A stretch of DNA of 64,000 nucleotides from Octopus sinensis (GCF_006345805.1 NW_021833235.1:16266-80265), one strand, 5' to 3'; positions 27,599-40,870 are shown, counted from the first letter of the stretch. Program-made: numbers and translations. Notes: a model not told the origin generated them from the sequence alone.

Positions 27599-30040
27599 TT
27601 GTCTCCCTAGCATTGCTTGACAACCGATGCTGGTGTGTTTATGTCCCCGTTACTTAGCGGTTTGGCAAAAGAGACCGATAGAATAAGTACTGGGCCTACA
27701 AAACAATAAGTCCTGGGGTCGAGTTGCTCGATTAAAGGCGGTGCTCCAGCATGGCCGCAGTCAAATGACTGAAACAAGTAAAAGAGTAAAGAGTACAGCT
27801 AGAATAGGCTCAATTGCTCATTTAATTGTGTTTGTTAGTTGCAGCCCTAGCAATCAGTATGTTAGTCAGTGATCTAACATTAATGTGGATATATTAAAGA
27901 GAATTATAGCTCCGGGTGTACATCTTATATTTAAGATAAATAATTCAGTTATTCAGGGTAATTTAATTTGTGATGTGATATTAAATCATGCTCTGTGGTA
28001 AGGTGGGGGAGGGGGGTCAAGAGGAGATAATCAGATGTTAAGCAGGTCAGCTAATAAACTGTAATGTAGGTATTAGTGGTATGTAGAGAATAAGAATTTA
28101 TCTTTATGTAAGTATGTTCTATTTTCCTCATCTCGTTTATTAATTCTGATTTGGCCATCAAAATGAAGAATTTCTCATTTATGCATAAATTACAGTGATT
28201 ATTTTTAAGGTTATATGAAGATGTTTTGGCTAGGATATGTCATTCTGTTCTATAATATTGTTATCTGTAAATTTCCTGATATAACTACTTACTTCGGTAG
28301 AGTTAGCCTTATTTCTATTTCTGAAACTTGAGAGATGGGAATTATATCTAAGTTTCATTTCATTTTTAGTTGCTCTTATATAAGTTTTCTAATTATTGGA
28401 GAATACATCACATTGGTAGATTTTGATTTTGATTTTGATTTTTCCAGTTTCAGCTAATGAGCTGTGGCCATGCTGGGGCACCGACATTTTTAGTTTTACA
28501 TTTATTCAAGAATTCACAAGTATTTTTATTTCTCCAACCACATAGATTAGTAAGATTATCTGTGCCTATGATATAGTATAGGGGATTATCATTTATAAGA
28601 TGGCTGTCTGGATTTTCAGAGGGCAAGTTATATGGGGGATCACTTATATTAATCGATTAGTAGTTGTGCTTTTTATTGTTATTCTTCCAAGTTTCATAGG
28701 AGTTTAGCTTTTTGTTGTTGACAGAGGTTATAATAGTTGCTAGTTCGGCTATGGCCTACTCTAATTTTATTGCTGAAGGTTCTGAGTATTTTATATTCAT
28801 ATCGAAGTGCTTACTTTACTGGTTTTTAGTTGTATTGCAAAGAGGATTATTAGCCAGATGTTATCCTTATTCTGCTTGTTATTTTAAATATTTTTGGGTT
28901 TTTGGTGTAAAACCTGCCCTCAGTATTGTTGCAGATCATAAATTATGGTTATTATTATTATTATTATTATTATTTTTGCCAGCTCTGTCTGGCATCTGTG
29001 CAGGTGGCACGTAAAAAGCACCCACTACACTCACGGAGTGGTTGGTGTTAGGAAGGGCATCCAGCTGTAGAAACACTGCCAGATCTGACTAGGCCTGATG
29101 AAGCCTTCCGGCTTCGCAGACCCCATGCTAGCATGGAAAACGGACGCTAAACGATGATGATGATGATGATTGCTATCAGCTTTGGTAGGGTTGTTCCTAT
29201 TCGACTTATTTACCTTGGTATTATAATTACTACCAGGGACTTTATTGGTTCTTTTAGGTGTATTATTTTTATTGTTATTATTTTTCTTAGTATTATTATC
29301 GTTAACATAAGCTAATGTTATTAATATTATTATGAATCTTAATATTCTTCCTACTATTAGTAATAATAGTAGTAATAATAAATTATCACTACTATTGTTA
29401 TTATTTTTGTGATTGTTTTTATAGATATTTTGGCTATTATTATTATAAATTATAGGTATTTGTTATTTGTGTTATTGTTATAAAACTCCGAGTAAAGGTA
29501 CTTAATTTTCCAATACAGTGTTATAGTGTTCCTTACACTTATTGAAGGCATCTTCGTTGGATGAGATACGAAATTCTTTTACTAATGCCCTGTACAAGTC
29601 CTCTTTTTATAAAGTTTGGGTGGTTGCTGTGTACATTAATATATTTGAGGTTGGTATTAGGTTTAATGTACAGTTCATGTAATCCCATGGTTAAATTACA
29701 ATTGGCATCTAAATAGTTAATAGAATTATGCGCTTTTACTATCATGATAGTTAATCCAAACAGTTTAAAGAACTTATATAATTTTTTCTTTAGTAGTTAA
29801 AGTCTCTTATTGGAGCTGTTTTTAAGGATAAATAATGCCTCATCTCTGTAAAGGCCTCCTCTAATCTCTGGGAATTCTTTATGTAGATGAGAATAGATAA
29901 ATACCCACTAAATCAGATACCTGTGCTGAGTCCAGGGCCCCCATAGTGATGTTGAAATAATTGGGGTGTCCGTCCTTACCCATTGGTTGTTATCAAATTT
30001 TATTATATATTTCCTAGCTTCTATGATTACCTTAATTAAT
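26800..30040 (-). mobile_element. Decayed Penelope-like retroelement (RT + GIY-YIG endonuclease), interrupted by SINEs, with a partial tandem duplicate
   Basis: Hand translation on minus: ITMGALDSAQVSDLVGIY / GGLYRDEAL (about 29980-29830), KPNTNLKYINVHSNHP (about 29670), IYQCDVFS..KTYIRAT..RYNSHLSSFRNRNKANSTE (about 28410-28270), CNLCINEKFFIL (about 28190); many stops and frameshifts. 26822-26960 duplicates 29515-29655. Confidence 0.8.
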
Positions 30041-31303
30041 GGACTGTTTGACTGAGGGCTGGCGAACCAGATGGCTGCACCAGGCTCCAGTCTTGATCTG
30101 GCAGAGTTTCTACAGCTGGATGCCCTTCCTAACGCCAACCACTCCGAGAGTGTAGTGGGTGCTTTTACATGCCACCGGCACGGGGGCCAGTCAGGCGGTA
30201 CTTGCAACGACCTAGCTTGAATCTTTTTACACATGTCAACGGCACAGGTGCCAGTAAGGTGATGCTGGTAACGATCCTGCTCGAATGGCGCCTCCTACAT
30301 GCCACCGGCACGGAAGCCAGTTAGCCACTTTGGCAACAATCACACTCGGATGGTGCTCTACGTATACACATATTTTGTTTCGAATTTGTGTGAATGTGTA
30401 TAAAATAATATAGAAGTTGAATAAAGTTAAAACATGGTCTGGTTTTCATGTTTTTTTTACCATGATATTTTAACATTAAAAAAAAATATTTTGTAATAGG
30501 TGCAGGAGTGGCTGTGTGGTAAGTAGCTTGCTAACCAACCACATGGTTCCGGGTTCAGTCCCACTGCGTGGCATCTTGGGCAAGTGTCTTCTGCTATAGC
30601 CCCGGGCCGACCAATGCCTTGTGAGTGGATTTGGTAGACAGAAACTGAAAGAAGCCTGTCGTATATATATATATATGTGTATATATATTATATATATGTG
30701 TGTGTTTGTATGTGTTTGTGTGTCTGTGTTTGTCTCCTTAGCATTGCTTGACAACTGATGCTGGTGTGTTTACGTCCCCGTCACTTAGCGGTTCGGCAAA
30801 AAGAGACCGATAGCATAAGTACTGGGCTTACAAAGAATAAGTCGACTAAAGGCGGTGCTCCAGCATGGCCGCAGTCAAATGACTGAAACAAGTAAAAGAG
30901 TAATGCGCATAAAGTTAAATTGGCGCTTTCATACATAGTGAATCAGATTTCAAATGAGTTTAACTGACAGATGAGTTCTTGACAACTTTAGTAGCTCTTA
31001 GAACCTCTCCAACAAGCTGAATTTTTAGAATGCATTTTTGACCAATCTACATGCATCTTAAACATCACGGTTTGCCAGGTGTACACATTTGAAATCTGAT
31101 GATTATGCTATGTATGAAAGTGCTAATTTAACTTAATGAGCATTACAAAATAGTTTTTTTTAATGTTACAATACCATAATAAAAAATGTGGAAACCAGAA
31201 CATATTTTAACTTTATTCAACTGAGATATATATGTGTGACCGCGTGTGTACCGTTGATGATTTTTTTCCCTCTGTCTTCCCTTCTCTGGATTTTTCCTTC
31301 TAT

Positions 31304-31338
31304 GTTTCCGACGAAGAGCTCCGCTCGAAATGTTAAAA
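31304..31338 (+). ncRNA. Minimal hammerhead motif (U4C variant, decayed stem III) in repeat 31236-31430
   Basis: GUUU-CCGACGA-A-GAGCuccGCUC-GAA-AUGU-U-AAAA; same family as 12457/23764. Confidence 0.5.
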
Positions 31339-32179
31339 CTTCCTTTCATCCTGAGAGTCCAATAATACTATATTTGTTCCACGTCCTCGCGTTGTTGTGC
31401 TTTTTTGTGCTTTCATGTTTGGATTAACTATATATATATATATATATATAACACCACACATATATACATATGTACATATATATACTTCATGTATATATAA
31501 TCTGTGTGTGTGTATATATATATTATTATACACACATATATATACACCATATATATATGTATATATATATATATATATATAATATATAATATATACACAC
31601 ATATATATATGTATATTTATATATACACACTATATATACACACATATATATATGGTATATATATATATATATATATACACCCATATATATCTGTATATAT
31701 ATATATACACACACACACACATACATATATACATACATATACATATGCATATATATATATATACACACACACATACACATATATACATACATATACATAT
31801 GCACATATATATACTTATATGTACACACATATACATGTATATATATATATATATATATGCACACACATACATATATACATGTATATGCCGCCAGCATGAG
31901 AGACAGGCGGTTCTGGCATTGACCATACTTGAATGGTGCTTTTTATGTGCCACCGGCATAGGACCAGTCAGCTGGCACTGGCATCAACCATGCTCAAATG
32001 GTGCTTTTTACATGTCACCAGCAAGGATGCCAATCAGGCAGAACTGTCATTGGCCACGACAATGACTTCACTTGACTCAACAGGTCTTTGCAAGCGCAGT
32101 TTATTGCCCAATGGTTAATGGGCCGGTTATGCTGCACTGGCATAGGCCACAGTTACAGTCTTACTTGGCTTCTTCTTCT

Positions 32180-32660
32180 TGTCTTGAGACAACATTCACC
32201 CGGGGTGGGTTGAGCTGGCTTCATTCATCCTCAATGCTGCATCTCTCACAAATGCTGCATCTCTCACAAACGCTGCATCTCTCACAAACGCTGACCAGGC
32301 CTGGCGATTTGAGGCTGACGACCGCGTGATCTCCAACCACTCCTTATTCCAGCGGCGAACGCCGTAGATGTGGGGGCCTAGGTTGGGTTCCAGATCAGCC
32401 TTTACTGTCATCAGCCAGGTTTTTCGTTGTCCACCACATCGCTTTTGCCGACCCTGAAGCGGAGCTGGGGCAATTGCTTTGTAGATGAATTCTCCTGGTT
32501 GATGACTGAGGGCATCACCCAGCCAACGCAGACACCTCGTTAGGATGACTTGTCGGAGGGAGGTGATTCTGCACTGGTGTCGCACCGAATTGTTGGAGAC
32601 AAAGTGATGTCATCGGACACGAATGATGCGGCGTAGACACTTGGTTTGCTGGGTCTTCTC
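32180..32660 (-). mobile_element. RTE-X-like LINE RT C-terminal fragment
   Basis: RCLRWLGDALSHQPGEFIYKAI...GGQRKTWLMTVKADLE..IYGVRRWNKEW. Confidence 0.75.
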
Positions 32661-34019
32661 AAGCACATCATATCTCCAGAGGTCTCTGTCTCTTGTCATC
32701 GCCTCCGTGAGGCCCAGTATTCGAAGGTTGTGCTTCACCTCATTCCAGATCTTCCTGGCTCTTACCTCTCCCACAGATTCCTTCTGCTGCTAGGGTGTGA
32801 CACTTTTTCACACAGCTGTCCTCATCCATATGCAACACATGACCTTACCATCGCAGTCGTCTCTCTTGTGCACCACATCCACTACTGCTTAGGTCCCTAG
32901 ATGAGAATCAGATATTCTCATCATCATCATCGTTTAGCATCCGCTTTCCATGCTAGCATGGGTTGGACGGTTCAACTGTGGTCTGGGAAGCCAGAAGGCT
33001 GTGCCAGGCCCAGTCTGATTGGCAGTGTTTCTACGGCTGGATGCCCTTCCTAATGCCAACCACTCCGTGAGTGTAGTGGGTGCTTTTTATGTGCCACTGG
33101 CATGGGGCCAGATGAGGCTGGCAACGGCCACAATTGGAAATACACATGAGCGGGTATAGAAGTAAATGTAGGGATAAGTGAGTTAGACAGGTCAATATAT
33201 AAAGTATATTAAATACATGAAATACAAAAAATGTATATATACATTCTGAGTTCAGATTCTGCAGAGGTTGACTTTGTCTTTCATCCCTCTCAGTACCAGT
33301 GGAGCACTGGGGGTGGATGTAATTGACATACCCTCTCCCCTGATATTGTTGGCCTTGTACCAACATTTGAAAAAAATTTTTATTATTATTTTCCTTCTTT
33401 CTTCAAATATTCTTCCGTTTCTCGCCGAGTGTTTTCCATACACCTAGGGCCCGAGAAGTTCATTGTATGCATTCCCAGGTTACACACGCAAATTCACAGG
33501 TAAAATATGTATTTAAAAAATTAATAAACAAAAATTCAGGAGTGGCTGTATGGTAAGTAGCTTGCTTACCAACCACATGGTTCTGGGTTCAGTCCCACTG
33601 CGTGGCACCTTGGGCAAGTGTCTTCTACTATAGCCTCGGACCGACCAAAGCCTTGTGAGTGGATTTGGTAGACGGAAACTGAAAGAAGCCCGTTGTATAT
33701 ATGTATATATATGTATGTTTGTGTGTCTGTGTTTGTCCCCCAGCATTGCTTGACAACTGATGCTGGTGTGTTTACGTCCCCCTCACTTAGCGGTTCGGCA
33801 AAAGAGACTGATAGAATAAGTACTGGGCTTACAAAGAATAAGTCCCGGGGTCGAGTTGCTCGATTAAAGGCAGTGCTCCAGCATGGCCGCAGTCAAGTAA
33901 AAAAAAGTAAAAAAAAAATGGATGTTGTTTTCACAGCGATAATGCTCTTTTCAGTACGAGTCGTTCCAGATAACATGATTTTTTGCACTTCCTGTAGGGA
34001 TGGTAAGCCTGGAATCATT

Positions 34020-34225
34020 TTCAAATAGGTTTCAGTACCTTTTTTTTAATCATTCCTAGAGATCCTACAATCACTGGTACTGTAGTCGCCTTGAGATGCC
34101 ACATTTTTTCAATTTCTATTAGCAGGTCTTTATACTTACTAATCTTGTCAAATTCTTTCGCCGCTATATTGTGATCGCAAGGAATACTCACGTCAATTAA
34201 TAAACACATCCTTTTTGTCTGATCT
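34020..34225 (-). mobile_element. R4/Dong/CRE-type restriction-like endonuclease fragment
   Basis: CLLIDVSIPCDHNIAAKEFDKISKYKDLLIEIEKMWHLKATTVPVIVGSLG matches the RLE domain tail of site-specific non-LTR elements. Confidence 0.75.
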
Positions 34226-34362
34226 TTTAAAATTTTTTATTATTATTATTTTTTATTAATATTTATTATTATTATTATTATATTATTATTATTATTATCA
34301 TCATTATTACTACTAATCTTTATTATCATTATTATTATTAGTATTATTATTATTACTGATCT

Positions 34363-34395
<33 letters not shown>

Positions 34396-34401
34396 CTGAT
34401 C

Positions 34402-34436
<35 letters not shown>

Positions 34437-34451
34437 TATTACTGATCTTTA

Positions 34452-34486
<35 letters not shown>

Positions 34487-36719
34487 TACTACTATTATTA
34501 CTAATCTTTATTATTATTAGTATTATTAAGGTGGTGAGCTGAAAGAATTATCAGCATGCTGGGCAAAATGCTTAGTAGCGTTTTGTCCGTCCTTATGTTC
34601 TGAATTCAAATTCTGCTGGGGTTGACTATGCCCTTTCATCTTTTCAGGGTCAATATATTAAGTACCAGTGAAACACTGGGGGTCAATGTAATCGACTTGT
34701 CCCATCCCCCCAAAATTTCTGGTCTTGTGCCTTTTTACTAGAAAGAATTAGTTTTTGTTTTTGTTGTTGTTTTTATCCTTTTCATATCCTCGTTGGGGTA
34801 GATGTACTCTATCCCCCAGCTATGCGTGAATAGATCCACATTTGGCTCTTAAGAATTCCTATGTTGCTGCTTCGGTGCCATTCTTTTAAGTACTTCCCAG
34901 AGAATGTAGCCGTCTCCCAAGAACTCACTTATTTTTAGCAGTTTTAGAAACGGTTTGTTTGCCTGGAACTCTTCCAATTGTTTTTGTTTTTTTTTTTTCT
35001 TCCCAGTTTCTGGTTCCTGTTGTTGTTGTTATTGGTGTGAGAAAGACATCAAGTGTTTCCTTATGTTCCATGTTTAACTCCCCCCCTCCTTGCCACTCTG
35101 CCTTTTCTTTTTCCTTTCCTTTCCTTCCTTTTCTTCATCTTTGCCCTATTCTTTTTCTTCTCCTTCATCCTTCTTCATTTTTCTTCTTTGTTACCTTCTT
35201 CCTTATTTCTTCTTTTTCTTCCTTGTCTCCTACTCCTCCTATCTGCCTCTTCCTCCCATCCTCCTCCTCTCCTCCTCCTCATCCACTACATCCTCCTCCT
35301 CCTCCTCCTCCTCCTCATCCCCTCCTCCATCCTCCTCCTCCTCCTCCTCATCATCATTCCTCCTCATCATCATCATCATCCTCCCATCCTTGTCCCCCCT
35401 CCCCCCTCCTCCAGGTGGTGTGAACATTGAACAAAATGCTTAGCAGCATTTTTTCTTCCAACTCACTGCAATGTCGGTTCAAATCCCACCAAGACCTATC
35501 TTTTGGTGGCGTCAATAAAAAAAAAAAGTACCTCACCAGAATTGGGTTCCAAATGTATTGAACCAACCTCTTACCTTTAAAATATCTAATTTCGTATCAA
35601 GACTAGCAGGAATTATTATTCTGTTGGATTGCAGTATTTGTTTTAGTTCTTCATATCCTGAGATCAAATCCTGCTAGAAAAATGACGACGCCGTGGTGAT
35701 CTCATTCTCGCTCACAACATCATAAGCGGAAAGTGTAACCTCTCAAAAGAGCTGTTCTTCACTCCTGCTCCAGAGCGTCGGCTGCAGGGTCACTCCGAAA
35801 AGCTCTATCTGCGATGATTTCATCTCAATCGAAGGAGAGGGGCTTTCTCCGTCCGGGTTGCGGATCCGTGGAATAAGCTGCCGGACGAGATGGTGAAGAT
35901 GCCGACGACCGCTCAGTTCAAAGTCTCCCTTGACCAGAAATGGCCTGAATTCTTTGCATGACACCCTCCCTGTACATAACTACATGGCCTTGCTTTTTGA
36001 GCCAAAAAATTAACTTAACTGCTGAGGTTAGCTTTGCCTTTCATTTTTCCAGGATTGATAAAATATAGTACATGGAGTTGATGTAATTGCTTAACTTTTC
36101 CTATCCTCAGAATTTGTGGCCTTTTATCATTTGAGGGGAGTGCATGGCTTAGTGGTTAGAGTGTTGGACTCATGATGGTAAGTTTGTGGTTTCGATTCCT
36201 GGATCAGGCGATGCGTTTAAAAAAAATTTTTTTTTTAGCAAAACACTCCATTTCCTGTTTCCCCAGTTCACCCAACTCGTAGCATCAAGTGATCCTGTGA
36301 CAGAGAGGGCATCCTGTCCTCGGTGGAATATATACCCTACAGAGTCCAGGAAACTGGCTTTATGCTCCTTGCAGAGTAATGCAGACTAATGCTATCACTT
36401 GAGGGATGAACGGCAAAGTTCGCCTTGGTGGGATTTGAACACAGAATGTCAAGAGCTGGAGAAAATACCACAAGGTATTTTGTCTGACTCCTCTAAAGAT
36501 TCTAGAAGTAAAGTTCACTGCCCTAATCATCATTTAATGTCCGCTGTCCATGCTGGCATAGGTTGGACAGTTTCACTAGGGCTGGTAAGCCGAGGGGCTG
36601 CACCAGACTCCATCTGACTTAGCATGGTTTCTATGGCTAGATTCCCTTCCTAAAGCCAACCACTCCGAGAGTGTAATGACTGCCATGACTATGGTTTCGC
36701 TTGGCTTGATGGGTCTACT

Positions 36720-36997
36720 CAAGCATGGCATATTGCCATAGGTCTCACTCACAAGTCATTGCCTTGTCAAGCATGGCATATTGCCTAGTCAAGCATGGCA
36801 TATTGTTGAAAGTCTCACTCACTAGTCATTGCCTACTCAAGCATGGCATATTGTCGAAAGTCTCACTCACTAGTCATTGCCTACTCAAGCATGGCATATT
36901 GCCGAAGGCCTCACTCACTAGACATTGCCTACTCAAACATGGCATATTGTCGAAAGTCTCACTCACTAGTCATTGCCTACTCAAGCATGGCATATTA
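36720..36997. repeat. 48-bp tandem repeat (about 5 units) derived from the RTE 3' region
   Basis: Unit CAAGCATGGCATATTGTCGAAAGTCTCACTCACTAGTCATTGCCTACT. Confidence 0.9.
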
Positions 36998-37138
36998 GTT
37001 CAAATTCCACTGATATTGATTTTGCTTTTCACCCTTTCTCACTGGGGTCCTTGTATTGAGCACTCCGAAAATTTCAGGCCTTGTGCCTATATTAGAAAGA
37101 ATTATCGTTATCATCGTTATCATCTCTTCTCCTTGCAG

Positions 37139-37312
37139 ATGGCTGTCATCCTCGTCAAGGTTCGATGGACGTTGTGTTGAAGGAGGAGTCGTGTTGCTGT
37201 GATCAACTGAAGCCATTGGAGGTGAAGTACCAGGAACAGCGGCAGCGATGTCTGGCCCACTCTCTCGTAGGCACGCCCAACTACATTGCGCCTGAGGTCT
37301 TGATCCGATCAG
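37139..37312 (+). CDS. LATS1: LATS/Warts kinase exon: kinase insert and activation loop (DGCHPRQGSMD...RCLAHSLVGTPNYIAPEVLIRS)
   Basis: cttgcAG acceptor (37137-38), 174 nt, phase 1 to phase 1, TCA G|GTAAGA donor. HSLVGTPNYIAPEVL is the LATS activation-loop signature. Not reported in the ORF track. Confidence 0.97.
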
Positions 37313-37387
37313 GTAAGAAGTGACCTCTGCTCCGATGGTGGGGTCGTATGTGCATGTGTCTATTTCTCTCTCTCTCTCTATATATAT

Positions 37388-37682
37388 AACAATTGCAGCG
37401 TGGAAGGTGTTTGTAAGCCATTTAAGAAACACACAAAAGCCGTTCGACTCACTTCAACATTTAAGTTTAATTTGTCAAAATATTTTCGTTGCTAAAATCC
37501 GCGACCTGTTCACTGACAAAAATCCGTACTGCATCATGCAGCACGGATTTTTGTCAGTGAACAGGTCGCGGATTTTAGCGACGAAAATATTTTGACAAAT
37601 TAAACTTAAATGTTGAAGTGAGTCGAACGGCTTTTGTGTGTTTCTTAAATGGCTTACAAACACCTTCCACGCTGCAATTGTT
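37388..37682. repeat. Near-perfect palindrome, 147-bp arms, 1-nt centre (37535)
   Basis: Arms are reverse complements with about two mismatches. Confidence 0.95.
37550..37599 (+). ncRNA. Hammerhead-like motif with swapped G3-C8 core pair, in right arm of palindrome 37388-37682
   Basis: UUUGUCA-GUGAACA-G-GUCGC ggauuuua GCGAC-GAA-AAUAUU-U-UGACAAA: 7-bp stem I, 5-bp stem II, palindromic stem III; core GUGAACA in place of CUGANGA. Confidence 0.65.
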
Positions 37683-38982
37683 TTCGTTTCAGCACACAAT
37701 CTCAGATCAAATCACTTGCTGTGCGAGTACATCTCTCTATATATAGTTGAGGCAGTTGTATTGTGTGCTACGTCTTTGGGTTTCTGCTCAGGTGGGACAA
37801 CCAGCAGGTAACCTGCTTGTGAATTAGCGGCAGCCCAGCCTCACAATTGGTTATTGCATCCATGACAGACAACTTTATGACAGCAGGGTTTTTGATCAGG
37901 GTTGTGTTGATCGTTTTTGATTGGGGTCGTGTTAAGGCAAGCACAGGGGTTTATTAGGTTGACCAATGCTTTCAGAGTGGATATGGTAGAGGGGAAACTG
38001 AGAGAAGCCTATTGTGTGTTTGTTTATGTGTAAATGTGGCTGTTACACTATTTTGTCTAATAGCAAACCACAGGCGCAGGAGTGGCTGTGTGGTAAATAG
38101 CTTGCTAACCAACCACATGGTTCCGGGTTCAGTCTCACTGCATGGCATCTTGGGCAAGTGTCTTATGTTATAGCCTCGGGCCGACCAATGCCTTGTGAGT
38201 GGATTTGGTAGACGGAAACTGAAAGTAGCCTGTCGTATATATATGTATGTGTGTGTATGTTTGTGTCCCCCCCCACCATCGCTTGACAACCGATGCTGGT
38301 GTGTTTATGTCCCCCATAACTTAGCGGTTTGGCAAAAGAGACCGATAGAATAAGTACTGGGCTTACAAAGAATAAGTCCTGGGGTTGATTTGCTCGACTA
38401 AAGGTGGTGCTCCAGCATGGCTGCAGTCAAATGACTGAAACAAGTAAATGAGTATACATTATTTACATTATTTGACGGATATTTGTCCTCATCTTGTTTG
38501 TTGTTAACGCAACATTTCGGCTAATATACCCTCCAGCCTTCATCAGGTGTCTTGCGGAAATTTTGAACCTGGGTTCTCATTCCTAAGGTATTTTTTGATA
38601 TTATTATTAGGGTCACTACCTAGAATCGAACTTGGAATCTTGGAGTTAGTAGCCCGCGCTTTTAACCACTACGCCATATGCAGTGACCTGAATAATAATA
38701 ATAATAATAATATTGAGAAGAGCATTGTCGATGTCAGAACTATTACTACCCATGTATTTTAATTTAACTTTAAAAAAAAAAAAAATGAAATGAACGAACT
38801 AGTGAGTTTAGTTTAATGGCCTACCAATGTATACTATGAGTTTCCTTGCCCTAGGAGTCGGGAAGACACTCAGCAAGAAATGGAAGCAAATTTGAAAGAA
38901 GAAGAAAAAAAAAGATAACAATAATAATAATAATATCGAAAATACTTTAGGAATGAGAACCCAGGTTCGAAGTTTCCCCAAG

Positions 38983-39026
38983 ACACCTGATGATGGCTTG
39001 AGGGTATATCAGCCGAAACGTTGTGT
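38983..39026 (+). ncRNA. Minimal hammerhead motif; inverted sister copy at 38507-38550 (-)
   Basis: ACAC-CUGAUGA-U-GGCU[12 nt]AGCC-GAA-ACGU-U-GUGU. The sister copy reads ACAC-CUGAUGA-A-GGCU...AGCC-GAA-AUGU-U-GCGU. Confidence 0.7.
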
Positions 39027-40439
39027 TAACAACTAACATATCTGCCAAATGTAAATAATGTACATAATTCCTCATCTCTTAAATTTAGAACTACATCAAA
39101 CCCCGTGGTTCTTGAGTTCCTGATGAAGCAAGTTTACTTGAAAGGACAACTGTTTGTGCATGTGTCTATGCATCTGTGTGTTTGTGTAGTTGCGACAATC
39201 ACACTATATCACGTGCTGCACTAAAATTTTACAGTATCCGTTTCTGGTGTCACCTTAAAAACACTGGTGCTACATGCATTATCTTGTAGCTATGAGATTT
39301 CATGATCATGATCATCATCATCATTTAGCGTCCGCTTTCCATGCTGGCATGGGTCGGATGGTTCAGCTGGGGTCTGGGAAGCCAGAAGGCTGCACCAGGC
39401 CCAGTTTGATCTGGCAATGTTTCTACAGCTGGATGCCCTTCCTAACGCCAACCACTCCATGAGTGTAGTGGGTGCTTTTTATGTGCCACCGGCACAGGGG
39501 CCAGGCGAGGCTGGCAACGCCACGATCAGATGGTGCTTTTTATGTACCACCGGCACTGATTGTTTATTTGTAGAATGACATTGTGTGAAGGTGCAATGGC
39601 CCAGTGGTTAGGGCAATGGACTCGCGGTTGGAAGATTGCGGTTTCGATTCCCAGACCTGGCGTTGTGTGTGTTTATTGAGCGAAAACATCTAAAATCTCC
39701 ACGAGGCTCCGGCATGGGGTTGGTGGCGACCCCTGTTGTACTCTTTTGCCACAACTTTCTCTCACTCTCTCTTCCTGTTTCTTGAGTAACGCTGCGATGG
39801 ACTGGCGTCCTGTCCAGCCGGGGGGAACACATACCCCACAGAAACTGGGCCCAGGAGCCTGGCTAGGCTTGAAAAGGACGACAAAGAAAGAATGACATTG
39901 CAGGGTAGGTGCGTGAGGCCAGATCTGGTTGGTTTGAGCACAAGGCAGGTGAAATCTTTGGGTTTGATATAGCTGGATTAAATAATAAAGGGTTGAAAGC
40001 AAGCACTGGGTTTTGGGGCTGACCAAAGCCTTGTATTCACCTGAAAGAAGCCCATTGTAGGTGTGTTTGTGTACATGTGGTTGTCACTCTATTTTGTCAA
40101 ATATCCAACCACTCAGTACGTGAATTTCTGATGAAGCAAGTTTATTTCAAGGTGCAGTTATTTAATAATAATAATAATCAATTCTTTTTTATTGGCCACA
40201 AGGGCTGACACGCATGATTACATAAAGGGACAAGACAGGACGAAAGGTTACAAAGGGTTTTGTCCGTTTGTTAAAAAATCCGTGTAAAAAACTTTAAAAC
40301 AATGATTATTAAAACAATGAAAAACTCCCAAAAGGGGGAGAGGTTTCGAAAGGTTCCTGGTGGAAAAAAACCCTACAAAAATAAAACATTCTGTACAGTG
40401 CTCAGGTGCACTACAACTCATCTAAAGTGTATGTATAGT

Positions 40440-40870
40440 ACATAGGGTAATGTACAAGCGTCAGGAAAAGAACAGTGCATGAGTCATGACATACACGTAT
40501 GTGTATGAGTATGGAAGGGGGACAATCAGGTGTAGTTTCAGCGGATTTCGGAAAGCATGAGGGCCTTAAAGGATGCAGTGTTATGGCAGTCGACAACTGA
40601 CGCAGGCTGTTTGTTCCATGCTTCAGCAACTCTGAGCGTGAAAAAATGTTTCCGAAAGTCATGGGAGCTGTGTTGTTTTCTGACTTTGTAGGCATGTCCA
40701 TGTGTGTTGGACACATGGAGATCAAAAAGGTGTTCAGTGTTGTTGTTGGTGAGGTGGTTGATAACTTTGTGGGTGCTTACCAAGTCCATTGCCAGACGTC
40801 GGAGCTTCAGTGAATCCATGCCCAGGGAATGTATAGTTGCAGCAGTTTGCACTGTGTCATGTGCCACATT
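40440..40870 (-). mobile_element. CR1-group LINE RT C-terminal fragment
   Basis: LGMDSLKLRRLAMDLVSTHKVI...THGHAYKVRKQHSSHDFRKHFFTLRVAEAWNKQP. Confidence 0.85.
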
